Positions 41,701 to 52,956 of a stretch of DNA of 64,000 bases are shown piece after piece. The DNA lies in the NCBI GenBank assembly GCA_965655095.1, contig OZ296655.1, positions 66,526,001-66,590,000 on the forward strand, written 5' to 3'. Position 1 is the stretch's first letter. Each line of letters starts with the position of its first letter. The notes under the pieces were generated by a model that made no database searches, was not told the origin of the DNA, and saw nothing but the letters and a program-made list of their open reading frames with translations. A program made the position numbers and the translations under genes. This DNA comes from Haplodiscus bocki (taxonomy: Eukaryota).

Positions 41701-43414
41701 TGGCGAAGAATGTAAATAAAATATCATAGTTTTTAATGCAAGAATACAATTTCTATTGCAATAAATTAGGAATCACAATTCTTCTTTGACCAAGCCACTA
41801 GAAGATTTTACTCGGCTGATACAAGGGATGACTCAGTCTCATCCGGTGAACTTACCCCAACGGCCAGTACCAGTGCTAGATTTGCCACAGCAGGTTGTCT
41901 AACAGACTAGACTGAGATATATTTGTTGAGCTGCGCTTGCCGAATCTAGTTTAAAATATCAACAAATAAACAATAACGGTAATTTTTTCAGGCTCTCGAC
42001 AAATGAAGTCTATCTCAAACTGGGAGTATATTTTCAAATCAGGCGGAAGTTTTGGCGAGGCACCGCTCAGGAAGTCCTATACTTCCAACAATTTTCTAAG
42101 CGAATTTTCAATGTATGTTTTTTTTCTCAAAGAAGGTTGTTGTCTTATTTATCTTTTTTCTGCGTCCCACGACTCACAAGCAAAACTAAAACTTCAAATC
42201 AGTATTTTTCATTTTTTTCAACTGATGTCTGCCTTTTTGTCTAGTATTTCTTCCACAATTCAAACATCAAAAACAACGTCTCTTCATGCCTACTGATCGT
42301 GTGAACACACACTACACTAGAAGCAACAAATTAGATACTACGAGCAATAAGGAGGCCTAATATCGAAATTAGTTTCTTCTATCAAAACAGTTCAGGTTGG
42401 GGACAAAAAATTATTCCCTGGCGAAAAAGTTTTCGTGTTCGCCGTATAAATTCCCAATTATACATTTTTCGCCATGTGTAACAAAAAGCGTCGTTTGCAA
42501 GCTCTTCCAGGTGTAATCAACATTTCAAGTGGTTTCAACTGCTTTTTAGCTATAAAAAAGACCAAATTTGCGTATTTTCAGAGAGAGTTGCTGAGTTCAA
42601 AAAGCGTATACCAACATATGAGTTTTCAATATAACCCAATAATGTTTCATAAACTTAAGAACGTTGGTTTGACAAAACTGGATCCTTAGGAACCTTTACT
42701 TTTTGAAAAGCATTTTAACACGAAAAAGTCAAAAAAAATAACGTTTTCTTTCATAAATTTGCTTCAGTTGAGCTTTTTTCACAGTCATATATCATCTCAA
42801 TTCGGTTTTCGACAAACCTCTTCTTTATCTAGACTGCACGGAATGGCCCAATTTTGATTTTTTGGGGGCTGATGCATGAGTTTTTTTGCTTTTTAACTAA
42901 GTAAAATCAGAGATAATGCGACTTTTCAAAAAATGTTTCACTTTCTCTTTTTTTTCTCAAATTTTTAAGCGGTTGCCGACTCAAAATATTACAGTGCTCC
43001 TGCGGCTGATATTCATAATTCCTCTCAATCTGTGTGACAGGGGAACTCTCACGACTCACCATGCAACTGAAATAGGGTTAAATAACGCAAACACCACCTA
43101 ATTATTCAACTTCCTTTGCGTTGATTTTTACAATCGGTTATACATACTTGCCTCCATTATATTAAATCAAAACTCCTAGCTCTTGATCCTCTAAACCTTT
43201 GGAAGAATTCAAGCAACTCACAGCATTGTGGGTGTCGATTTCAGCACTCTTCTATGATTTTAATAATTACGTCATCAATTCTGTAATTAAACCTTGGCAG
43301 CTAGCATATCCATTGCGACATTTTTGAGTTTAATCGCATTTAATACGCAGCCTTTAGAGTGCTGAGTATTAGCAGAATGATCATGTACAGGCCTTGCTGC
43401 GAATCATTTTAGAG

Positions 43415-44469
43415 GGTTTCAGGTCAGAATCTCCCAAGTTAAAATTTCCTTAGTCATAATCTCCTGAGTCAAAATCTTCGAAGTCAAGTTCTCCTATGCC
43501 AAACTCTCCTCTGTCAGAATCTCCTAAATTACTGAATAAAGTTATTGGCTCAAAAAATTGAATAATTGAGCTTAAAGCTGAAGTAACTTAAGCTAATTAC
43601 TTGTAATTATTTAATTAGGACTACCATTATATGTCACATTGGGTATTATGGCATTGGGTATTTTGGCATTGCGTATTTTGGCATTGGGTATTATGACTTT
43701 CGTAGTATGTCCTGACGCCCATTTCTGGGTATTTTTTCATTTCAAAAACACTTCTGTACTCGGGCTGGGGTATTTTCAGTATCCCGAGCGTTCACAATTT
43801 TTCAATAAATTCAGTTTCAGCAAAAGGGTATCGCAAAAATTTTTGGCATTCGTTTTTTGTATATGGTATATGCACACGGTTTTTGCCAAAGTTTTAGTTA
43901 AGTGAATTGCATTTTTACTTTTTGAATCCAAAAACTTGAAACTGGGCAAATGGGGTATCACATAAACTATTGGAAAGTCAAATCTTGAAATAAAATTGTT
44001 GAAATTGCAAAAAAAACTTGAAAAAAAAGACATTTTTTTCCTGCTATTCATGGGACCATACGTAGGCAAATTGTAAAGCTTCTTGAAAAACTTTCCAGTG
44101 AAATTCCATGAAGTCTACGTTTTTCCAATTTACACTTTTTTGAAGAGAAATTGTGGTTGTTGAGATTTCAACTTCTGAAGATAAACATTTTAGAAATGCA
44201 ACTTGCAATAATATAGAAAAGTTCTGCCAACAAATTATCGGTAAGTCCTACACCATTTTTTTAATTAGTTACGATTAGTTTACTGATTAACTTAATTAGG
44301 TTCGCGCGTCTTCGCATAATAATATAATAAGAAATTTTGCCTTCAGAGGTTTCAACCCAGGAGACTTTGGCTTAGGAGGTTTTGGCGTAAACGATTTTGA
44401 CTTACGAGGTTTTGACATCGGAGATTACGACTAAGGAGATTCTAACTTAAAAGATTTTGATATGTAACG
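43415..44469. mobile_element. Non-autonomous Mutator/foldback-like DNA transposon
   Basis: Perfect 9-bp TSD ATTTTAGAG (43406-43414, 44470-44478); inverted arms made of 15-bp units (GTCAAAATCTCCTAA left, TTAGGAGATTTTGAC right); a different 15-bp array (TGGCATTGGGTATTA) at 43630-43700. Confidence 0.8.
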
Positions 44470-44659
44470 ATTTTAGAGATTTCAGTAAATGAAAAAAAGG
44501 ATATGTCAGAAAATCTCATTCGACAAACTGCAAATTCTGTTTTTCTTCTCGTGACATTTGAAAATCAGGTGGTTGCGCCATTAAGTCAATTTTTGCATCG
44601 ATTCTTCGGTAGGCACAGTGATGAACAGGGTCTTGGTTTGTGCCCTTAGAGAACGTTTC

Positions 44660-46558
44660 TGTCGCAGGCTGACGCCTGTGACGGCCAGACATTCACAGTT
44701 AAACTTGGCAGTCTCTGCACGGGCACGCAAGTCAATCCGTCGCCCTTATACCCAGACTACAATATTGACAAAAATTCATTTGAATAAATGCTGTATGAAG
44801 GATACCTACCTTATTTCACAAACCTACCATACCTACATATATATACACCTACGCAAATACATATATATTCCAAAATATTGACGTGTAAGTAACAAAATCC
44901 CTACTATCAACAAATGCGTTAGCATCAATAGGAATATCAGTCCAGACACATGTGTACGGTACTCAATCGAGGCGCAGTGTTTTACTTAATACTGATTGGT
45001 CAAAACAATTAATTCTGTCAAGTTTCTGACCAACTAGCTGCACTATAAGTGGGTGGTCAAAAGTTGGTCACAAAGACCTACTTTTGACCAGTTTGTTCAG
45101 AGCACGTGGCCACACCTAAAAAGGAAAAACGGCAAAACAAAGCACTGAAAGCCGAAATTTGACCAATACTAATCTAATGACGCTTTGAATGCTGTTGATA
45201 CTTAATACAAGAACATATACCTAAATTATATTTTATTCCAAACCATGCAGTGCTTTTTGCCAGTAACTTTCCGGTGAAAATTTTAGTTTGTCGACAGACG
45301 GTAAAAGTGACCGCATTATGACCACCAAACATTAATCAACCCAATCCCATGAAAACAGTCAAGTATTACCATTTGTGCCATGCCGCACTGATTTAATCAT
45401 GTAATGATTTTTATTAACGTGTGTCAAAATAAACAGGCTGTCGCGACATGAAATGTCCCTTCATTATGGGAACCAAGTTAGCTGATATCATATATACTTC
45501 AACCATCCCATTGAGGCTCCTGGAAACACCTTTTTTTTCGTATGCATGTAATCGTGTTTCATGTAATTTTGCTTGCACCTTTTGCTTTCGTTTAGTTTGT
45601 CACCACCAAATTTTGCCTGTCATCATTTTTCTGAGTCCCTTTTTGATGTACAAAAATGTGCTATTTTTAGAATGATACCATACTGTTGTCACGTAGGAAC
45701 CGGCATACTTACTTAATGTTTGATTTAGTTATTGTTACAGGTATGACGTCAACGAGTCAAGTGCTTTAATTTGCTATCAAACAGAAGGTCAACGAGAAGA
45801 ATCTTGACCCGAAGTTGACCCGAAGTTGGAATCAGATCATCAAGAACTCTCCTGTAAAGCATTTGCTCAGAACTGTAAACAAAACTGAGAGCTTTCAATC
45901 TCATTGCAATATTGCTTAGTTGCCGTTTATCTCAAAGTATTGTTGTTCCATTGATTCGTTTTTGCTATAAGAATAGCGAACTTGTTGAAGCAAACATGGT
46001 TTCAACTCGGAAGAAATAACAGTCAAATAGAAGGCTTCTTAGCCAATTAGATGACTTTGATCAAGATGTTTATATTGGTGACACTGCAAACAACGGACAA
46101 AAAAATGATATAGTCACTAATGGTACAGTTGACCGAGAATTTACTGTCATTAATAGTGGTAGTAATTCAATAGCCAAAGGGAATACGGTGAAAGTTCAAA
46201 CATTGGAAAGATGTTTCAATGAAAGGATTGACAAGGAAATGAACAACATCGTTGATACGATTGAAGATAGAATCCAAAACGCAGTTTTGGCCACGATTTT
46301 GAATAATATCACACCAAGGATTGTTTTATCAGTTGGGTCAAAAATGCGTCATCTGGACCAGACGCTGCTAGTGTCACGGGATCTTCGGAACGCGGAGAAC
46401 GCATAGGATTACTGCCTTTTTTGAAAACGTATCCAAAAGGAACATTGCATTTCATGTATTAAGTGCGAATGATGAGACTCGAAGAAACGTTCCAGACGAG
46501 GTAAGTGAATTGTTGGTCTCAGAAACACATTTTCACCGGCAATCACGCACTTATCACA
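44660..46558 (+). mobile_element. Family-C solo LTR, 1899 bp
   Basis: TGTCGCAGGCTGACGCCTGTGACGG...CACTTATCACA; TSD GTTTC/GTCTC (4 of 5); decayed MVSTRKK ORF from about 45996 to the LTR end. Confidence 0.88.
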
Positions 46559-47531
46559 GTCTCGTTTAACGGCTTAGCTCCAGTGGGTTGTTCTTTGTTT
46601 TGCTAGAGATTTCGTAACATCTGCTTGAATTTTTTCTGAAAAATTTTAGCTTTTCAGAGCATATGGCACGTACATTGCCACTTTTTCCATATGCAATTTC
46701 TAATAAATCTCGAATTTTTTTTGTCTGAGAACTCTGGATTTTTGATTGACATGTTTGAATTATCATACTTGTAATACTTTTTGTAATGCTTTTGAAGTTG
46801 AAGTACCTTTGAGATGCCCTCCTTGTGAAGCAAACTAGAAATAGGCTTGCCAGCAAATCAATTTGCTGAAAAACTCATCGATTTGATTTCTTGAAAATAG
46901 GTCGTTTAAAAAAATTCATACTTTTCAGAATTTTTCTCGTAAATTGGAGACTTCCACAGGTTGATTCGGTTCACGAAGAGGCTGACAGGTCAGGTACATT
47001 CTTCCCTTTTGTTGCACGAAGAGTTTGTCTGAAGTCTGAATGTGTTATAATTTTGACCGAGAATGCTAATTTTTTAAAACTGTTTTCCCTGTTTTTGTCG
47101 ACTGAGTACTGGCCGTTGCACAAAAGTTGCACAAAATTCATCTTCGGGTTTTAATTAAGCTTAAACGTATTGCATATATAATCAGAACGTTACACAATTA
47201 TTCAATGTATGACTACTTGGGTTATAGATAACTTTCTACGGCTTCAGGGCTGGGCCCAGCCATAACTTAGTAAACCCCATGGAGGAACCTTAGTAAGTAT
47301 CTCTACCCCAGCGGTATTCCTGCTCATGTACTACGAACATATTTCCCCTTACTCATCTCTGTCATGCTAAAAATTCTCAGCTTCATCCTTTGGTTGCAAA
47401 ACCGGGTCTTTCTTTGCAATTAGCACACGCTACCGAGCCTGACTACAGTGGCAATTTTTTTGTGTTTTTTTTAACCTATAACTACAGTTGCACTATTCTT
47501 TGCTTGCTTGAACGTAGTTTCACGAGAGTAT

Positions 47532-47939
47532 TCAACAAGACAATAAATATTTGTGAGGATTTGTTTCTGCCCCTGAGATGGGGGAAGAAACCTCCACTTC
47601 AGGCCCAGGATCGTCTGAGGGACGATCCTCATTGGTTCCCTGGTTTTCTGAATTGTTGCTCCTAGAGGTTCCGGGGGCAACTACGGAACAAGTCCGAACT
47701 TGTGGGTTCAAGAGAAACTCGTCAAGTTTCGACAAGGCTCCCAAAATACGTGATTCCGTCCTGCTAAATTCCTTTGAGAGCTTTTTAGTAACTCTCCCTT
47801 CAATCTCCTCGGAGACCTGAGAGATATACTCCTGAGTAAGTTCTGGATCTAGAACGTTTGGTGCTCTCCCACTTCTAGTACTTTCGGGTGTTTCCCTTGA
47901 AACTGCTGCTAACTTTCTCTTATTTCTCAACGTTGCCAT
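47532..47939 (-). CDS. Intact LTR-encoded Gag N-terminal segment (basic N-terminus plus predicted coiled coil), 135 aa, last residues from flank
   Basis: MATLRNKRKL...YISQVSEEIEGRVTKKLSKEFSRTESRILGALSKLDEFLL...NPH; the homolog at 50824-51221 continues into a capsid-like Gag. Expression unknown. Confidence 0.6.
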   Translation of the reverse strand: MATLRNKRKLAAVSRETPESTRSGRAPNVLDPELTQEYISQVSEEIEGRVTKKLSKEFSRTESRILGALSKLDEFLLNPQVRTCSVVAPGTSRSNNSENQGTNEDRPSDDPGPEVEVSSPISGAETNPHKYLLSC

Positions 47940-49337
47940 TACGCTTGGGAAAAGGTTTTCTCAGTGGTGAAGACTGAATTTTCTACTTTTATTTCTTGTA
48001 TCAAAGTGAGGTCTCTCTCTTTAATTATGAGGGAACAAGTCTTCTCAGTACAAACAGTTAAAGTTTTAATAATTGTACAGTTCGGTAAGGCAACAATTTA
48101 AATAATAAATATTGTACTTTCGTTTCTCCTATTTATACCTTTCCTTGGCGGGAAACATAATTGTTTACACGCCAGATCAAGGTACAAATAGGGAAAAGTA
48201 CTTTAATCATATTATATATCAAAGAAAAGATGCCGACTCTGGCGGGAAATAAACACCTTTCCATCCATTTCTTCCCTCACGGACCGCGTCCTTTCCATCT
48301 TTCGACAGAAAAGAGTACGGTCCGATCCGTCGGAAATGGACATCAAAGTGGTTATTCCCGCGCCGACACAATAAATAAAAACATAAACAAAGATCAAAGT
48401 CATTTCCATACAGGGAATAAATACAATAATACACTTGGAAAGTAATCTAAAGTATGGAAAATAAAGGCTTACATTCTAGAAAGATTCATGTTTTCATGTT
48501 GCATCGATTTAAAGTCATTTCTAGAACAAACTAGGCGTAAATCCTAGCCCGTTCCACGTTTCTACTAGGCTACGGCTCACTTCAGCCGTGGTGGCACGTG
48601 GCGGCTACGTGCCCCTTGTAGCACTGCCTTCCGCAGTACTACTGAGAGGAAATGAATCCGGTGGCACGTAGACAACACGTGGCCGACCAAAGTTGCGTAG
48701 CCTAATAGCGCATCTGATTGGCTAAGAGCTCTAGTGACATCACCAGATTAGTTACGACGGAACACATACGGAACAAATATTCACTTTTGAAGTCAAGCTC
48801 TGTTCTAATAGTTGATCTATTGAAACTTTTGAAAACTTTTGAAGCTGTCAATCTAAATAGATTACTGCACAATCAAAGGTGGATTTATATAATAATTAGT
48901 TAGATTAATTATATAAAATAGCACCTAATATAAATATAACAATACACTGAATATCCGTTTGTTCCGTATCTGTGCCGTCCCAATAAGGATCAGTTCACTA
49001 GAGTTCCACGTACCGGGTACGTGCTTTTTCACAATATGGGGGGGCACGTAGTTACTACGTGCCTTTTATGAATGGAATCGTATGGGTGGCACGTGGACGC
49101 CACGTGCCACTTACGTATCCCATTCGTGTTTTTGTGCATTAGTGGGGGCACGTATATATACGTGCCCATATGTGTGCACACAATTAAAATACATGATTTA
49201 TCATAAATAAAATCATCAATTTAGTAGTCCCAGATATAAGTCTGATAGAGGCATAGTTTATCTCCTGCTTGATGGGCCTGGGGTGTCCTTTGTTGGTGGA
49301 ATCATCTGCCCGCAGGCTTCGCAGATGCGCTGCGACA
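47552..49337 (-). mobile_element. Family-B solo LTR, 1786 bp
   Basis: Minus strand TGTCGCAGCGCATCTGCGAAGCC...CCTCACA with a perfect 5-bp TSD ATATT/ATATT. Confidence 0.93.
48130..48154 (-). promoter_or_regulatory. Family-B LTR promoter: E2F-like TTTCCCGCC plus TATAAATA
   Basis: Conserved at 50603-50629 on the plus strand; an AATAAA lies about 50 nt before the ATG (47988-47993 minus; 34722 in the other copy). Confidence 0.55.
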
Positions 49338-50823
49338 ATATTTTATTCGAACGGTCTTTTGAGCAAATTTTCATTGACGGAAGTGAATTGCGAAAGCTGT
49401 TACGTAATGGTTGCATAAATGAGATTTGCCAGCAGCATTCATTGAACTAATCAAATTGAAAAACGCTTACGTACGTCTAAATGTACTACATTGTATTCAT
49501 TAACCCGTGTCATTTCGGCCACTTAAAATAAATTTTTGCGCTGCTGTTTCAACATTTGTCGCACCACGTCTGCGAAGCCTGCGGAGAGACTCTCCCTACA
49601 AGAAAGAACATTCCTGGACCCTCCAGAGACTGAAACAGACTTTACAAACACTAAATTGTATGTTTTATTTACAAATTAAACGTATTTAAGATATCTGATA
49701 CTGAGCAGTTACGTATTATGTAATTTTATAAAAATTGCATGTAATCGATACGTATTAACTACGTAGCATCCCAGTGCACTGATCCAGATTGGGACGGAAC
49801 TGTTACGGAACAAAATGAATATTCACCTAAGTCTATGTTCCTAATATAATCTACTTTGAAGTTGCTATTTTATTACTTATTTGTGTACTGATCATAAAAA
49901 TCCACCTTTTCAAAAGTTAAGTGCAGTAATTTAAAGCGAATATGGCAATGTCAATAAGTTTGATTAGATCGATTACATCTGCAGTAAATAGAGCTTGACT
50001 TAAACGTGAATATTTGTTCCGTACGTGTTTCGCCGCCACCAATCTGGTGACCTCACTTCAATTTCATTCCTTTGTGCTACTATGCTCTGCCGTTTCTAGC
50101 CAATTACGGAAAAGTTCCGTATTACCACGTTTTCACTCCTATAGCCGCAATGCTACAAGCAATGCTACAAAATGAATACGGAACCATTCAGGAACGGCCT
50201 TGTAAAAATGAGAAACAGAACAGTACGTGCTAGTAGAAAACCTAGTACCGGTCTAAAATGTTCCGAAAAGATGATGAAATATGTATTTTGAGCATGTAAA
50301 TTGAATCTTTGTATTATTTTATGTGATCAGACAAATTACTTTTATTATTATTTTTATTGATTTCCGATTTTGGGAAAATGTTTGACTTTTTGTCGGCACG
50401 GTAATAAAAGCTTTGATGTCCATTTCCGACGGATTAGGCCCGTACATTTCCTGTCGAAAGATGGAAAAGATCCGGCGTATGAGGGAAGAAATGGATGGAG
50501 AGTTGTTTATTTTCCACCAGAGTCGGCATTTTGCTTTTGTAGTCAATATGATTAAAGTACTTTTCCCTATTGGTACCTCAACTTGGCGTGTGAACAACTA
50601 TGTTTCCCGCCAAGGAAAAGTTATAAATAGGAAAGATGAGAGTACTATCATTAATATGAACTATTGTATTGTACTGTATAACCAGTTTCGAGTACTTTTC
50701 AATTTGGTTAACTGTTGTTGGTTGGACACCTACTTTTGTTAAAAAAAGGTCATTTTCAGTTGTGTTAAAATTCATTCGAGAGACAAAGTAATTCAATCTT
50801 CACAACTGTTGAAATTTTTCTCT

Positions 50824-52001
50824 ATTCCAAAGTTAAAAAACAAGAGGAAGTTAGCAGTTATGGCAAGGGAAACACAAGAGTATCCTGGGAACAACCAGTC
50901 GCAAAACTCCTGGAATCACTGAGGAGTACAAAGCACAAGTTTCCGAGGAGACCCAGAGAAGGGTTACTAAGAAATTATCCCAGGAATTCAGCAAGACAGA
51001 GTCCGGCATCTTGGGTGCTCTGTCCAAGTTGGACGAATTTTTCTTGAACCCACAGGTACGGACACGCTCCGGAACCGTTCCAGGAACATTCCGCAACACA
51101 AACGGCGAAAACCAGGAACCAAATGAGGATCGTTTCCAGGATGATCCTCATCCTGAAGTGGGACCCCCTGTCTGTCAGTCCCGTCATTCATCTGATTCAG
51201 ATCCAGAGGAGGCTCCTCACATGGTGACAGGTGTTCAAGAAGAGTTTCGCTTTTGTCCTCACAAGGTGACAGGAGTTCAAGAAGTGATTCCCTATTGCTC
51301 CCCTGGGACTTCTTCAGGAAAACAAAAGAAGGCGCGCTCGACAAGTCAGCCACAAATTCGCAGTGAGAACACCCCTGCAACAATTGAAGCAGACCAGATT
51401 TTGTTGGCGCTTTAACAATTGGCAAGTCACAATCTTTCTACTAATTTCAACAAAAACATTATCAGAATATTGAAATTGCCCAATTCCCTCACGACAACAA
51501 TGCCTACATTTGATGGGAAATCGGAAAAAATTGAATTTTTTGAAAATCTGCTCCGAACAAGTTTGAAAATTCACAACCAACTCAGGGAAGAAGTCAGAAT
51601 ACACTATTTCCACTCTCTCATGCTTGTTGATGAGTGATGCTTTGCTGACGTTCAAAAACATCGGCATCCCCCGCAGAGAGAATTTTTCAGAAATCCTGAG
51701 TGTGTTTCGTAAGAAATACGTAAAACCCCAGTCAATGGCTACGGCGAAACACAAATTTCAACAGTTAGTTTTCAATCCAGCGAACCGGAACTCAAATGAT
51801 TTTCTGTAGGAGCTCCAGAAATTAGCAAAAGACGCATTCGGAGTTGCTGCCCAAGCAATAATTGAACAATTCATATATGCAAAATGCTTCTCCACCTGAA
51901 GAAATCAATTAATCAGGCTCATTTGGAGAATGGGACCTATGAACAGATTGTGGCGCATCTTGAAACGGAGGTCGAGCTAAATGGTTTGGAAGCTCCTGAC
52001 G
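50824..52001 (+). pseudogene. gag: Retrotransposon gag pseudogene (capsid-like)
   Basis: LKNKRKLA...LSKLDEFFLNPQ...PHMVTGVQ...MPTFDGKSEKIEFFE...IHYFHSLM...KKYVKPQSMATAKHKFQQLVFNP...; stops and frameshifts present. Confidence 0.8.
51222..51236 (+). promoter_or_regulatory. Primer-binding site, tRNA-Leu-like
   Basis: TGGTGACAGGTGTTC directly after the LTR-terminal CA; resembles TGGTGTCAGGAG, the complement of the tRNA-Leu(CAG) 3' end. A second copy lies 42 bp downstream. Confidence 0.65.
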
Positions 52002-52287
52002 AAATACGAAATTTTCCGAGAAGATCGAAAGATGGGTTACAAAGAAATTATCCGAGGAATCAGCAGGACACAGTCCTGCATTTTGAGTGCACTGTCCAAG
52101 TTAGACGAGTTTCTTCTAAGCCCACAAATACGGACATTCTCTGGAACGACCCGGGAACATTCCGGAACACTGACGTAGGAAACCAGGAACCAAGCGGGGA
52201 TCGTTCCCAGAATGATCCCCGTCCTGAAGTGGAGCTCTCTGCCGGTCTTTTCGGCAATCTAACTGATTCAGACCCGGACGAGACCTC

Positions 52288-52956
52288 TCACAACATTTTT
52301 CCACGATGGCCAATTTTGCAACGTTTTGCGATTGATAACTTCCATATCTTTGTATGCGTGTGATGAGTCTCAGTGCTATCTCCTGACGCTACGTGGTGAG
52401 TGAGTGATTGTTGGTCAAATTGTGTACCCGCGAACGACAATTCGCTTACTCTGTCATGGGGATTGCGACGAGTCTCATCGTTTGTATTTGTCAGGCCTAA
52501 TGTACTGTTGTTTTCAGATGCGCTTCCAAAAGAGGTGTTAATCCTCTCGTGATCCCTACGTTCTGAGTTTCCAGATACACTGGTTACATCCCGTCCAGAA
52601 GATGCATTTATTGACCTTATAGCTAACTCAATTTTAGGGGCAACGATGTTGTCAATAGCGACCAAAATTGCATTCTGTATCCTATCTTCAACGGTATCCA
52701 CAATATTACTCATTTCCCTATCAATCCTTTCGTTAAAACACCTCTCCAAAGTTTTCACATTCAATGCATTCTCATTAACTGCCGAAATAACATTAGAAGT
52801 ACCACCGGTAAAATTCTGGTCATCAATACCCTCATTGACCACAACATTTTCTCGCCTCTGGCTTGCGGTATTGCCAATGATCACGTCCTGGTCGAAGTCA
52901 TCTAATTGGCTGAGGAGTCTTTTGTTTGACTGCCTTTTCTTTCTGGTAGAAACCAT
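52288..52956 (-). CDS. Intact LTR-encoded ORF (probable Gag N-terminal segment; basic N-terminus plus coiled coil), 222 aa with about 23 aa from flank
   Basis: MVSTRKKRQSNKRLLSQLDDF...LERCFNERIDREMSNIVDTVEDRIQNAIL...THH; four decayed homologs in the window. Gag identity is by analogy to family B. Confidence 0.6.
   Translation of the reverse strand: MVSTRKKRQSNKRLLSQLDDFDQDVIIGNTASQRRENVVVNEGIDDQNFTGGTSNVISAVNENALNVKTLERCFNERIDREMSNIVDTVEDRIQNAILVAIDNIVAPKIELAIRSINASSGRDVTSVSGNSERRDHERINTSFGSASENNSTLGLTNTNDETRRNPHDRVSELSFAGTQFDQQSLTHHVASGDSTETHHTHTKIWKLSIAKRCKIGHRGKML

Larger units (their letters stand above)
49557..52292 (+). mobile_element. Family-B Ty3/gypsy-like element, internally deleted (5' LTR 49557-51221, PBS, partial gag, 3' LTR tail from about 52005 to 52292)
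   Basis: TGTCGCACCACGTCTGCGAAGCC...TCTCACA with 5-bp flanks ACATT/ACATT; PBS TGGTGACAGG at 51222. Confidence 0.85.
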
